Shown: positions 9,957 to 19,928 of the stretch, piece after piece
Position numbering within the stretch: position 1 is the first letter of the stretch
Layout of the letters: each line of letters begins with the position of its first letter
Source of the DNA: an uncultured bacterium
Lineage (GTDB): Bacteria; CSSED10-310; CAZUFC01
Assembly: GCA_964619725.1 (NCBI GenBank)
Contig: CAZUFC010000093.1
Span: 1 to 34,998 of the forward strand
DNA: 34,998 nucleotides
Direction of reading: 5' to 3'
The notes under the pieces: generated by a model
Databases searched by the model: none
Told to the model about the DNA's origin: nothing
The model's input: only the letters and a program-made list of their open reading frames with translations
Made by a program: the position numbers and the translations under genes

Positions 9957-12053
9957 TCAGGGATATTGTTGATATTTTTTCTGATAAACGTCGTACGGAA
10001 TAGTTTTTCCGTCGTGAATGCGCATAATGAAAATGGGCCTCCAGAAATCGCCGTTTTTCTTGCAGGCGAGCGGCCCGGTAACTCCACCGAATTTCCTTTG
10101 CGAGCGTAAATAGTCAGCCATAAGGCGTCTGCTTTTGATTTTTTTAAGACAAACGGCACTGAGGAGAAGTCTGGCGGCTTCGTATCCGAACACGGTGAGT
10201 CGATTGGGTGTATCCTGGTAAGTGTTGCGATAAGCCTGCAGGAAGGCGGCGGCGGAAGGATAAGTATCTTCGGGGTAGTAGATGTCGGCATAGAAGAATC
10301 CCTCGGCATATTCTCCTCCGATATCGATCAGATCGGGCGAATTCCAGTTGCTTATTCCCAGAACGTGAGCTGCAGGAATGTCGTGGAATTGCAGTTGAGG
10401 AGCAATCATGGCGGCAGTTCTTGCATTATCGGGGAGGAAAAGCGCTTCAAAGTCCAGGTCCTTGATGCTTTCCAGCGGACCCCTGAAATCGGTTTCACCG
10501 GGATAATATTCTCTTTCGGCAACGATGGTCCTGCCGGCTTTTTCGATCTCTTCCCGGAACCAGTCGCTTAACTTTTTGCCGTATTCGTGCGAGGGTCTCA
10601 AAATTGCGAATTTTTCAACGCCGAGTTTTTCCATTGCGAACCAGGATATGGCTTCAATTTCCTGCTTTGAGGTGGAGCTGATTCGGAAAAGATAGGGATC
10701 GAGGGAGGGAAGATCGGGATCGGAAGACCCAACGGCCACGACAGGTATTTTATAAAGGCCCGCTTTTTCCGCAATTTTACGCGTATTCCTCGACAAAAGC
10801 GGTCCTATGATGGAAATGACCTTTCCTTCCAGCGCCATATCAGTGAACAACTCTTCCACGGTCTGATCCGTGGAAGAGGTATCGCCTTTCAACAATTCGA
10901 AGAAGCAATCAGGATAATTTGATTGAAACTCTTCCTGAGCCAGCAGAACGCCCTTGAGGACGTGACGGCCGAAAACGGCAGGCCTGCCTGAAAGGGGCAG
11001 CATAATGCCCACCCGGTAGGACAGGGTATCCCCGATTTCTTCCAGCCATTGTTTTTTTTCAGATATCTGCCGTAATGCCTCCGGATCGTCCGTATGCTTT
11101 TCAGCGAAATCAAGGACCTTCAGCGCTCGTTCCATATCTCCGCGTTTTTCATAGATAAACGCCAACTGCATGCTCAAAGGCAGCAAAGCATATCCCCTGC
11201 TGTGAATTTTCATTAAACCCCTGATTTCTCTTTCGCTGAGCTCTTCAGTAATGATGTCTTTCATCTCCGCCATGATCATGTCCGTTTTCGCTTCTTCATC
11301 TTCCGCATACCCTTCCATCAGGGTCATTGCGTGTTCCAACCTGTTCAAAGCTGTTCTAGGATCGCCGAGTTTCCTGAAAAGTCGTCCTTCATGATAAAAA
11401 ATTTCTGCTTCCTCTTTATCGTTTGCGGCATAATCCCCGGCTTTTCTTAATTGCGTCAGAGCCTTTCGCGTTCGATCCAGGTTCTCCAATGAAAAAGCCG
11501 CATGCAAATGAAGCTGATAGATCAAGTCCCGATTTTCCGCCGTTTTCAACAAGGATTCGATCCTTTTCAGCGCCTCTTCCCACCTGTCTAAACCTTGAAG
11601 GCTTATAACAGACAGGTATTCCGCCTGCCTGCTTATGAAAACATTCTGCCTGCTCCTCAACGGGTTCAGAATGCGGAGAGATTCCTCGTATTCTCCGGTT
11701 TCCGCCGCCAGACGGCCTTTCAGCAGCTCCTGTTCATCAGATAATTCAGCATCGCCTGTCTGGTAACGGCGATCAAACAGCAGTTCCTGAGCGCTCCTAT
11801 AATCTCCCAGCATTATATTAATCTCGGCCCCCTTAATCGAAGCGCGAACAAGATCATCATGCGTTTCAGCTTCACCCCGATCGAGAAACCGCATCAAACG
11901 CTCCAGCGCCTCTTCATATCTTTCCTCCCCATAAAGTTCAGCAGCTCTTTCGAACTCGGCCTTCTGAAAATCAGGAGGTCTGCAGCATATCGCCTGTAAA
12001 ACTGCCGCTAACAATAGACATACAAAGGCTTTTTTTGTCGGGTTTCTTTTCAT
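9957..12053 (-). CDS. TPR-repeat lipoprotein with a C-terminal periplasmic-binding-protein domain (LpoA/LppC-like PBP activator)
   Basis: Signal MKRNPTKK-hydrophobic-AICC (possible lipobox), a TPR-like helical N-half, then VGIMLPLSG, IIGPLLS and Y.PGETDF motifs of the LppC/Peripla_BP_6 type. Start chosen at ATG 12053. Confidence 0.75.
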   Translation of the reverse strand: MKRNPTKKAFVCLLLAAVLQAICCRPPDFQKAEFERAAELYGEERYEEALERLMRFLDRGEAETHDDLVRASIKGAEINIMLGDYRSAQELLFDRRYQTGDAELSDEQELLKGRLAAETGEYEESLRILNPLRSRQNVFISRQAEYLSVISLQGLDRWEEALKRIESLLKTAENRDLIYQLHLHAAFSLENLDRTRKALTQLRKAGDYAANDKEEAEIFYHEGRLFRKLGDPRTALNRLEHAMTLMEGYAEDEEAKTDMIMAEMKDIITEELSEREIRGLMKIHSRGYALLPLSMQLAFIYEKRGDMERALKVLDFAEKHTDDPEALRQISEKKQWLEEIGDTLSYRVGIMLPLSGRPAVFGRHVLKGVLLAQEEFQSNYPDCFFELLKGDTSSTDQTVEELFTDMALEGKVISIIGPLLSRNTRKIAEKAGLYKIPVVAVGSSDPDLPSLDPYLFRISSTSKQEIEAISWFAMEKLGVEKFAILRPSHEYGKKLSDWFREEIEKAGRTIVAEREYYPGETDFRGPLESIKDLDFEALFLPDNARTAAMIAPQLQFHDIPAAHVLGISNWNSPDLIDIGGEYAEGFFYADIYYPEDTYPSAAAFLQAYRNTYQDTPNRLTVFGYEAARLLLSAVCLKKIKSRRLMADYLRSQRKFGGVTGPLACKKNGDFWRPIFIMRIHDGKTIPYDVYQKKYQQYP

Positions 12054-12157
12054 TTTATCGCCGCCTGCCCCGGTCATCCTTTCAGTTTTTCCCAATTACC
12101 TGGACGCTGAATCACATAAATCTTGCTTTACCGATTATTCCAATCCCATGAAAACGA

Positions 12158-13045
12158 TCAGCCGGGCTGTAAGAAATACCAGGGATTCACGGGCCTGCCT
12201 TCTATTCGAATTTCGTAATGAAGGTGAGGACCTGTGCTGCGTCCGGTATTGCCCAGCAGTCCTATCATATCATATCTTTTAACCCTGGCGCCCTCTTTAA
12301 CGGATAATTTATTCAAATGGGCATAGTACGTAATGAATCCGAATCCGTGATCGATCTTTATCGTTTTGCCGTAGTCTCCGTCCCATTCCGCAAAAATGAC
12401 CGACCCTTCAGCCGTAGCGAAAACAGGCGCATTCAAGGAGTTGGACAGATCGAGCCCCGTATGCATGCGTAATTCTCCGGTAAAGGGGTCTTTGCGGCTT
12501 CCGTACCCCGATGATATCCAGCCTCCCTTGATCGGCCTGCCGAACGGCAACGAAGAAATGAAATCGGATTTTTTCGTAAAATACTTCTTAAGTGCATCGT
12601 TTACTTCCCACTCATTTTTCTTTCTGGAGCGCGCGTATTGAATATCCAGCCATAAATCACGTATAAGTTCTTCTTCTCTGCTTTTTAAAAGGGAATTGTA
12701 ATATTTATGATTAATTCTCGGCGTCTCGAAACCGCCCACGCCCTGATCAGATTCCAGTCCGATCAACTCCTGCAATTCCGTGTTGAAACCCGTCAGTTCA
12801 TCCAGTGAAGTACGGAGCTCCTCTACCTGTTCCTCCAGAAACTTTAATTGCTCCTCCCTCCATTTTTTTTCCTCAGTCAGCCGGGCGGCGGTCAGCTCCA
12901 TTTTTTTGTAAGAGCTGTATATTTTAAAGGAAAAGAGCGTTAAGCACAGAAAGGTAAGCCCTATAAAGAATTTGTTTTTGAAGAAAACACGCTTTTTTCC
13001 TTTTTTCGATCCGGTCATCAAATCTCTTGCAGTGAATTCATCCAT
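12158..13045 (-). CDS. M23 family metallopeptidase (murein endopeptidase, NlpD/MepM-like)
   Basis: N-terminal TM segment and coiled coil; HTGLD (HxxxD), YAHL and GRSTGPHLHYE (HxH). Confidence 0.93.
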   Translation of the reverse strand: MDEFTARDLMTGSKKGKKRVFFKNKFFIGLTFLCLTLFSFKIYSSYKKMELTAARLTEEKKWREEQLKFLEEQVEELRTSLDELTGFNTELQELIGLESDQGVGGFETPRINHKYYNSLLKSREEELIRDLWLDIQYARSRKKNEWEVNDALKKYFTKKSDFISSLPFGRPIKGGWISSGYGSRKDPFTGELRMHTGLDLSNSLNAPVFATAEGSVIFAEWDGDYGKTIKIDHGFGFITYYAHLNKLSVKEGARVKRYDMIGLLGNTGRSTGPHLHYEIRIEGRPVNPWYFLQPG

Positions 13046-13134
13046 TTTTCGGCCAGTATCCTTGATGTCGACTCACTTCCTTTTTTTTTCGAAATAGTGA
13101 TCAAGCTTTTTTTCAGAAGCTTGAATTGATAAGA

Positions 13135-13162
13135 AATTTACTAATATTTCACCAAATGTCAA
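13135..13162 (-). promoter_or_regulatory. Putative sigma70 promoter for the M23-LppC-receiver unit
   Basis: TTGACA-16 nt-TAAATT on the minus strand. Confidence 0.5.
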
Positions 13163-13309
13163 GTAAAATAGCTGTTTGTTATCCAAACTTTACGAAAACA
13201 GTCGATCAGCTTCGGAAAAAACAGGAAAAAAGGAGCTGCGGCGATTCAATCCGGTTTTTCGCGTCATTAATCGTTTAAAGGCGCTGTTTTCGGTGATTCG
13301 AGTTCTGAT

Positions 13310-13337
13310 TTGAAATATTTTAAAGCTTTGCTATAGT
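13310..13337 (+). promoter_or_regulatory. Putative sigma70 promoter for secA
   Basis: TTGAAA-16 nt-TATAGT with an extended -10 TG; SD AAGGAGG downstream. Confidence 0.5.
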
Positions 13338-13373
13338 AAAAGCGGCTTTTGCCCTGAAGGAGGCGACGCTGAA

Positions 13374-16013
13374 ATGGTAATGAAGCTGATACGGAAAATC
13401 TTCCCTCCGAAAAACGAGAGAGAATTAAGGAAGATAGGGCCGCTGGTCGATGAGATTAATGCATTGAGCGGTTCATACAAATATTTATCGGATGAAGAAT
13501 TGAAGAATAAAACCGGGGAATTCCGGCGAAGGCTTTCGCAAGGCGAAAATCTTGACGACATATTAGTGGAATCTTTTGCAACTGTGCGCGAAGCTGCAGC
13601 CCGCGTGCTCAACATGCGTCCTTTCGATGTCCAGCTTATAGGCGGCATAGTGCTTCACAGAAGTAAAATCGCTGAGATGAAAACAGGAGAGGGTAAAACT
13701 CTGGTGGCCACGATGCCTGTATACCTGAATGCGCTGACGGGAAAGGGCGTTCATGTGGTAACGGTGAATGATTATCTGGCGCGACGCGACAGCGAATGGA
13801 TGGGAGAATTGTATAAATTTCTTGGACTCACCGTGGGGGTCATTCAACATGACATGGATGATGCATCCCGCCAGGAAGCCTATCGAGCTGACGTCACTTA
13901 CGGCACCAACAACGAATTCGGATTCGACTACCTTCGCGACAACATGAAATTCAGGTTGCAGGATTTCGTTCAACGGGGACATTACTATGCGATCGTTGAT
14001 GAGGTGGACAGCATACTGATAGACGAAGCCAGAACGCCGTTGATTATTTCAGGACCGACCGAAGAATCCACGGACAAGTATTACAATATTAACCGTCTGA
14101 CCGGTCGGTTGAAGAAGGAAATCGACTATCAGGTCGATGAAAAGTCCCGTGCAGCCACTTTAACTGATTCGGGGGTCGCCAAATCGGAAAATTTTCTGAG
14201 CGTGAAAAACCTGTATGATCCTGTCCATATGGATACTCTCCATCATGTGAATCAGGCGCTGAAAGCCCATACGCTCTTTCGCCGGGACGTGGACTATGTC
14301 GTCAAAGACAATCAGGTGGTCATCGTAGATGAATTTACAGGCCGTCTCATGCCGGGACGACGATATTCCGAAGGACTTCACCAGGCATTGGAAGCCAAGG
14401 AAGGCGTACCGATAGCGAATGAGAACCAAACGCTTGCGTCCATCACTTTTCAGAATTACTTCCGGCTGTACGACAAACTGGGCGGCATGACAGGAACGGC
14501 GGAAACGGAAGCGGAAGAATTCATGCACATCTACGGACTGGACGTCGTGGTTATCCCCACTAACAGGCCGCTCATACGGATTAATCATTCAGACGTCATT
14601 TACAAAACCGCTAATGAAAAATTCCGCTCCGTTTTAGGCGAAATTGAGGAGCTCCATCAGGAAGGACGTCCTGTCCTGGTTGGAACGATATCCATTGAGA
14701 ATTCTGAAAAACTTTCGCGTATGCTGCGCCGCAAGAAAATCAAGCATCACGTTCTGAACGCCAAATATCATGAACAGGAGGCTCAAATCATATCCCAGGC
14801 GGGTCAGCCGGGCGCGGTCACCATCTCTACCAATATGGCGGGCCGCGGAACCGATATCGTGCTGGGAAAAGGCGTCGTCAAATGCCCTAAAGACGAGTTG
14901 GGAAATATTTTATGTTGTCTCGACTGCGAAAAGGATTGCTCCAAATGTCCGAAAGGGAACCCCGAAGAATACAGCGGTTGCCTGGCTCACGTCCCCTGCG
15001 GTTTACATATCATCGGAACTGAACGCCATGAGTCCCGCCGTATCGACAATCAGTTGCGCGGCCGTTCCGGACGTCAGGGTGATCCGGGTTCTTCACGGTT
15101 CTATCTCTCTCTTGAAGACGATCTGTTGAGGATATTCGGTTCGGAAAGAATGGCGTCGCTTATGGATCGAATGAATATTTCAGAAGATGAACCCATCGAA
15201 CATAAATGGATCACAAGCGCCATAGAAAACGCTCAGAAAAAAGTAGAAGCGAACCACTTCAGCGCCCGTAAGCACCTGCTCGAATACGACGACGTCATGA
15301 ATAAACAAAGAGAAATAATCTACGGACAACGACGACGAATTCTAGAAGCCGACGAAGTAAGTGACGTCGTGCAGGACATGATGGAGGAAACTCTTTCCGA
15401 GATCCTCAATTATTGCGCTCCCCATTCCGATCATCCCGAAGACTGGAAAATAGACGAACTCAATTCTGAACTGGAAAACAAATTCGGACTCACCGATCTC
15501 AATTTCGACTTCCTGTCAGAAGAAACCAGACAGCAGGACCTGCAAGACTTCATCTGGGATAATATACAATCCTACTACAAGAAAAAAGAAAAAGCCCTCG
15601 GCGAAAAATTTATGAGGCGCTTCGAAAAAGACGTCATGCTCAAAGTCGTAGACGATCTCTGGAAAGACCATCTGCTCGCCATGGATCACCTTCGGGAAGG
15701 AATCGGCCTCAGAGGTTACGGACAAAAAAATCCCCTGATCGAATATAAAAAAGAAGGCTTCGACCTCTTTGAAGAAACTATCGTAAGAATTCGTGAAGAT
15801 ATCGGCAGGTATCTCATGATCCTTCAACCCAGACCCGTTCCTGTTACCATACAGAGAAGGAGAGTTCCCGCAGCGCCTTCACCCGCTCGTTCCACCGCAG
15901 CTAATGTTCACGGCGCATCTAAGAATCCCGGGAAATCCAAAAAGAAAATCGGAAGAAATGATCCCTGCTGGTGCGGCAGCGGAAAAAAATATAAAAAATG
16001 TCATGGCCGCTAA
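13374..16013 (+). CDS. secA: Preprotein translocase ATPase SecA
   Basis: [56 protein letters not shown], and the C-terminal SEC-C motif [19 protein letters not shown]. Confidence 0.99.
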   Translation: MVMKLIRKIFPPKNERELRKIGPLVDEINALSGSYKYLSDEELKNKTGEFRRRLSQGENLDDILVESFATVREAAARVLNMRPFDVQLIGGIVLHRSKIAEMKTGEGKTLVATMPVYLNALTGKGVHVVTVNDYLARRDSEWMGELYKFLGLTVGVIQHDMDDASRQEAYRADVTYGTNNEFGFDYLRDNMKFRLQDFVQRGHYYAIVDEVDSILIDEARTPLIISGPTEESTDKYYNINRLTGRLKKEIDYQVDEKSRAATLTDSGVAKSENFLSVKNLYDPVHMDTLHHVNQALKAHTLFRRDVDYVVKDNQVVIVDEFTGRLMPGRRYSEGLHQALEAKEGVPIANENQTLASITFQNYFRLYDKLGGMTGTAETEAEEFMHIYGLDVVVIPTNRPLIRINHSDVIYKTANEKFRSVLGEIEELHQEGRPVLVGTISIENSEKLSRMLRRKKIKHHVLNAKYHEQEAQIISQAGQPGAVTISTNMAGRGTDIVLGKGVVKCPKDELGNILCCLDCEKDCSKCPKGNPEEYSGCLAHVPCGLHIIGTERHESRRIDNQLRGRSGRQGDPGSSRFYLSLEDDLLRIFGSERMASLMDRMNISEDEPIEHKWITSAIENAQKKVEANHFSARKHLLEYDDVMNKQREIIYGQRRRILEADEVSDVVQDMMEETLSEILNYCAPHSDHPEDWKIDELNSELENKFGLTDLNFDFLSEETRQQDLQDFIWDNIQSYYKKKEKALGEKFMRRFEKDVMLKVVDDLWKDHLLAMDHLREGIGLRGYGQKNPLIEYKKEGFDLFEETIVRIREDIGRYLMILQPRPVPVTIQRRRVPAAPSPARSTAANVHGASKNPGKSKKKIGRNDPCWCGSGKKYKKCHGR

Positions 16014-16115
16014 TTACAAAAAGCGATTTCTTGACTCGTCACTACTTTTCATGATATGGCCTGTCCGAAGGTTTTATAATGCACAGGATATACTGTGTCT
16101 TAATGAGGAAAAAAA

Positions 16116-18005
16116 ATGATACATAAAGGAAGTTTATCTAAGATAGGATTCCCGCGAATCATCCAATGGCTGATCAGCGACGAAAAAAGAGGCACAATCA
16201 AAGTCAATTGGAAAAAGCAAAGTAAAATTTTCCTTTTTGAAAATTCGAAGCTGCTTTCCGCCTTCTCTGAATCGGCCCAGGATAAACTCTGGTTTTACCT
16301 GTTCAAAGAAGGTATTCTCTCTGAAGAACAATTGAAAAACATCAGAGAAAAACAGGTTAAAAACGGCTCCGACTTTGAGGAAATACTGCATGAATCCGGC
16401 TATCTTTCCGAAGAAACGATAGAAAAGGCGAAGCAGGAATCCATTAAATCCATCGTATTGACGCTTTTCGACTGGGTTGAAGGCGATTTCTGGTTTTATC
16501 AGGACAGGTTCCCTCCTGTGGACTTCCTGGAGCAGCAGCCGAGTTTACAGGAAATATTGAGGGACGGTCTTCAACGCATCAGACAATGGCGAACTTACCA
16601 GAAAATTTTCAAGCCGAAACATATAATTATGCTCAAACCCGGCGTGTCGCTAGAAAAAGCCCTCAACAGACCACTCACACCTCTGGATGCAAAAACGGCG
16701 AAACTGCTTAGAAATGAACACTCGGTTGAAGAAATATGCCGGGTTACCCCTTTCACTCAATTCGAAACTCTAGAAGTCCTTTATGATTTCTATGAGCATT
16801 CCTCCCTGCTCATTAATCCAGGTCAGGCAGCGGAAAAAGATCAAGAGATAGAGAAAGCCGAATCATATCATCAAAAGGGACAGTACTGGCAGGCGTTCAA
16901 CATCATTAAACAGCAGTTCGATAAAGAACCCAAAGATCAGAACCTGCAAAAACTGCTCACACGCTACAGCCGCGACCTCGGCGAAGATTTGAAAGAAAAA
17001 ATCGGCAGTCTTGAAAAAATACCGGTACAGATAAAAGTCCTGGATCAGGAAATCTGGAAAAATCTCAATTTTGAAGCTGTTGACGGATTCATCATTTCGC
17101 GGATAGACGGAAAAACCTCGTTAAAGCAAATCCTTAAGCTGATCAAAATAGACAATAAAAAAGTCCTGATCACGATTTATCGCCTGTTGACGCAGGGAAT
17201 AATAGAGCTGATCGAACCGACGGTGAGTAAAGAGGAACAGGAAGCGCTGCTGCGAGAATTAAGAAAGAAAGAGCGCCGGTTAAAGAAACAGAACCATTAT
17301 GAGGCGTTGGGCGTGGAATCCGGCGCCGGAGAATTTGAAATCAAACGGGCTTATTATGAAATGGTTAAAAAATACCATCCTGATTCCGTTTGGGACGATC
17401 CGTCGGGAGAAATAAAGCAGAAAGCCAACAACATTTTCATGCGCATACAAAGAGCCTACTCAGTGCTGTCTGATCCTCACAAGCGGGAAAGATACGACAT
17501 CGGTCAGGGTATAAAAAAGGGCGTCGGCGAATCGCCTGAAGAACGCAGAACTTATGAAAAGGCCAGGTTGCAGTTCAGAAACGGATTAAGGCATCTGAAG
17601 TCTCGCGAATATCATAAAGCCATCGAATATTTCCAATCAGCCATAGACCTGAATCCCAATGATCCGGTCTTCTACGGTAAACTGGGCGAAGTCTGCTCCA
17701 AGAATCCCCGATGGTACAAAACCGGAAAAAACGCCGTCAGAAAAGCCTTGGAACTCGATCCGGAAAACCCCAATTATTATTGCCTTCTGGGATTGCTTTT
17801 CAAATACGAAGGCGACCTGGTCTCTGCAGAAATCCAGTTCAAAAATGCTATTCAGATCGAACCCGAAAATATGATTGCAAGAAGAGAACTGCATGCCCTG
17901 GGCAAAAAACTGAAAGACCTGCCGAAAAGAGAAGTAGCTGAACCCGACGGCATGGAAATGGTCGTTAGAAAGAAAAAATCAGGAAAATCCCCGGAGGAAG
18001 AGTAA
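16116..18005 (+). CDS. Class C J-domain protein: DUF4388-like N-terminus, internal J domain, C-terminal TPRs
   Basis: NHYEALGV...EIKRAYY...KYHPD...IQRAYSVLSDP..R..YD. N-terminal GSLS....P.II and LFDW.EGDF.F pattern. TPR-like repeats (AIDLNP, ALELDP, AIQIEP). Confidence 0.85.
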   Translation: MIHKGSLSKIGFPRIIQWLISDEKRGTIKVNWKKQSKIFLFENSKLLSAFSESAQDKLWFYLFKEGILSEEQLKNIREKQVKNGSDFEEILHESGYLSEETIEKAKQESIKSIVLTLFDWVEGDFWFYQDRFPPVDFLEQQPSLQEILRDGLQRIRQWRTYQKIFKPKHIIMLKPGVSLEKALNRPLTPLDAKTAKLLRNEHSVEEICRVTPFTQFETLEVLYDFYEHSSLLINPGQAAEKDQEIEKAESYHQKGQYWQAFNIIKQQFDKEPKDQNLQKLLTRYSRDLGEDLKEKIGSLEKIPVQIKVLDQEIWKNLNFEAVDGFIISRIDGKTSLKQILKLIKIDNKKVLITIYRLLTQGIIELIEPTVSKEEQEALLRELRKKERRLKKQNHYEALGVESGAGEFEIKRAYYEMVKKYHPDSVWDDPSGEIKQKANNIFMRIQRAYSVLSDPHKRERYDIGQGIKKGVGESPEERRTYEKARLQFRNGLRHLKSREYHKAIEYFQSAIDLNPNDPVFYGKLGEVCSKNPRWYKTGKNAVRKALELDPENPNYYCLLGLLFKYEGDLVSAEIQFKNAIQIEPENMIARRELHALGKKLKDLPKREVAEPDGMEMVVRKKKSGKSPEEE

Positions 18006-18102
18006 TTCATACGGTTTTGGTCTTCGTAAGGTTTTGCGGACAAAAGCAGACGGCGGCCGGGCGATGGCGCCGGTCGGAATTTGATCAGAATTAAACGTAA
18101 GG

Positions 18103-18141
18103 AAAAAGAAAGAGGTCCGGCAAGTCAATGCCGAACCTTTT
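18103..18141 (-). terminator. Intrinsic terminator between convergent genes (favours the minus strand)
   Basis: Minus strand reads AGGTTCGGCA-TTGACT-TGCCGGACCT followed by CTTTCTTTTT. Confidence 0.6.
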
Positions 18142-18231
18142 CGTTCAATTGTCGTTTTTACTGTCGCGTCGAAGTTTCTGCAGATCGTCGTAAATTCGAC
18201 TTCGGCAGATTCAGACGCTGAGATTATCCGA

Positions 18232-19482
18232 TCAATGAATCACCAGATAGGGCCAGATATCGCTCATATGTCCTGCGTTGTCGGTCGCTATAATGTTCAG
18301 GAGATATTCGTCTGCGGGAGCGCCCGGCGCCATGTTGAACTGGGCGCCGAATGTGCCGTCTCCGGCTGCAAAATCTCCATGTTCTCCATCATCGTGAAGG
18401 AAAATACCCGTGGGCAGTATGCCGTAGTAGAGTTGCACTTCTGCGATATCCTGGAGACCGTCCGGGTCTACGATCATTGCCAAAACCAAAAAGTCGCCGC
18501 CGGTCTGCGAATAGATTTCCGTGTCGAAGAATCCGGCGTAATGGATTTTCGGACGACTCGGATTCCCGGGAGGCGCTCCGAAACTCTGCTCATTCGTATA
18601 ATTCAACGCCTCGATTTCCCATCCGGGCACAGGAGGCGCTCCGTAAGGATCGCTCCCTTCATAAATCGTCAGATAAGGCCACATCGCTGAATAATTTCCG
18701 GCTTCATCCCATGCTATGATTTCGAAAATGTAATCCGAAGAGGGAAATCCCGCAGGTATTTCGAATTGAAGTCCGAACACGCCGTCTCCTGCATCGAAAT
18801 CTCCGTGAAGTCCGTCATCTTCCAGATTCAGGCCTGTCGGCAGACCCTCATAATACAGCGAAGCGCCCGCTACATCGAACGGAGCGACGTCATCCTGGAT
18901 CAAAGCTCTGATCGTCAGCAATCCGCCTTCATCAGAAGAAATCTCTGACTCACCGTATCCTCCTATCAAAATACTGGGCGGCTCAATGTCGCCGTCAGGA
19001 ACTGTCAGAAACGAATATTCCTCGGTTTCCATGCACAGATCGGTGGACGGCGAACCCAGTGTCGTCGGAGCAAAAGTCTGAGTATCAAGAGTGCATGCGT
19101 CAATCGTTACCCAGACCTCTTCCTGATAATTGAATTCCAGCTCGGGAATATATTCCAAAGCCACTCCTCCGGGAATGAAATCCACCACCGGGGATACTGG
19201 TTCGGAATTGACCGTCATGAATATCGAATTCGTGTCTATTCCGCATTCGGAATACAATTCCAGGTATATCGTCGTATCCACCGCTACGTTGATTGCCTCC
19301 GGTTCAGGATCATGCGCGCCCGTCGTCGGCGCTTCACATGACGTTGATGGAGCTCCCTCAATGGTCGAATCGTAAGATATCGAATCCACGAAATCATAGT
19401 CGCTCGCTGCCGCAGGCGATGCAAGCAACGCTATCGCTGCTGATATTACTGCAAAAAATATCGACTTTCTCGGCTTCTTCAT
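18232..19482 (-). CDS. Secreted acidic protein (416 aa): Ig-like domain plus two tandem choice-of-anchor-X-like domains
   Basis: Start MKKPRKSIFF at 19482 with SD AGGAGG; signal peptide ending PAAA. Two ~105-aa repeats with LYY.G/..LPTG..L.DDG.HGDF.AGDG.FG...D.AG..S..WPYL.I. The track's start at 19656 lies inside a riboswitch. Confidence 0.8.
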   Translation of the reverse strand: MKKPRKSIFFAVISAAIALLASPAAASDYDFVDSISYDSTIEGAPSTSCEAPTTGAHDPEPEAINVAVDTTIYLELYSECGIDTNSIFMTVNSEPVSPVVDFIPGGVALEYIPELEFNYQEEVWVTIDACTLDTQTFAPTTLGSPSTDLCMETEEYSFLTVPDGDIEPPSILIGGYGESEISSDEGGLLTIRALIQDDVAPFDVAGASLYYEGLPTGLNLEDDGLHGDFDAGDGVFGLQFEIPAGFPSSDYIFEIIAWDEAGNYSAMWPYLTIYEGSDPYGAPPVPGWEIEALNYTNEQSFGAPPGNPSRPKIHYAGFFDTEIYSQTGGDFLVLAMIVDPDGLQDIAEVQLYYGILPTGIFLHDDGEHGDFAAGDGTFGAQFNMAPGAPADEYLLNIIATDNAGHMSDIWPYLVIH

Positions 19483-19563
19483 TTTCACTAGTCCTCCTGA
19501 GATTAAATGTGATTGTCGTTGAACGTTTTCCATGAAAATGAGGAAGCTGTTTTGTCCCCTTTT

Positions 19564-19662
19564 CTTTTCCCTTGGTAGTCCGGCTGCCGTGAACGATTCT
19601 CGTTCCTTAGGCCCGTGACTTTGCGTCCCGTCCTTTCGAACGGTTTGCCCTTTCATGGAAAA
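19564..19662 (-). ncRNA. c-di-GMP-I (GEMM-I) riboswitch, gene-proximal copy
   Basis: Minus strand GGGCAAACCGTTC-GAAA-GGACGGGACGCAAAGTCACGGGCCTAAGG...GGCAGCCGGACTACC matches the class I consensus (GNRA-capped P2, GCAAA junction, P3). It has G at the Vc2 position-20 equivalent. Confidence 0.95.
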
Positions 19663-19723
19663 CGCTGGTTAGGGCCAATTCAGAGTTTAGTTACATCCTC
19701 TCACCTCCCGTTTTTTCGGAACA

Positions 19724-19764
19724 CAAAAAAACCCGCCTTCTCTTTTCGCGAAAACGGGTTTTTG
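19724..19764 (-). terminator. Intrinsic terminator; expression platform of the distal riboswitch
   Basis: ACCCGTTTTC-GCGAAAAGA-GAAGGCGGGT running into a T7 tract on the minus strand. Confidence 0.8.
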
Positions 19765-19780
19765 CTTTTCTTTCATTTTC

Positions 19781-19878
19781 AGCTCCTTTGGCAGCCCGGC
19801 CGCCTCTTCCATTTCCTGGATTTAAGGCCCGTGACTTTGCGCCCTACTTTTTCAAATAGTTTGCCTTTTCATGGAACC
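19781..19878 (-). ncRNA. c-di-GMP-I (GEMM-I) riboswitch, promoter-proximal copy
   Basis: Minus strand GGTTCC-ATGAAAAGGCAAACTATTT-GAAA-AAGTAGGGCGCAAAGTCACGGGCCT...GGCGGCCGGGCTGCCAAA-GGAGCT; P1 is GGTTCC/GGAGCT. Confidence 0.9.
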
Positions 19879-19899
19879 GAGAGTTGCCTCTCAACTACC

Positions 19900-19928
19900 T
19901 TTATAAGAATCTTCTCCACCCTTGTCAA
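19900..19928 (-). promoter_or_regulatory. Sigma70 promoter for the riboswitch leader
   Basis: TTGACA-17 nt-TATAAA about 20 nt upstream of the first aptamer. Confidence 0.75.

Noticed and set aside
9917-10309. N-terminal 130 aa of the track's 256-aa receiver ORF
   Set aside because: Overlaps the LppC-like gene in another frame; a GTG with an SD at 9916 gives a clean receiver domain.
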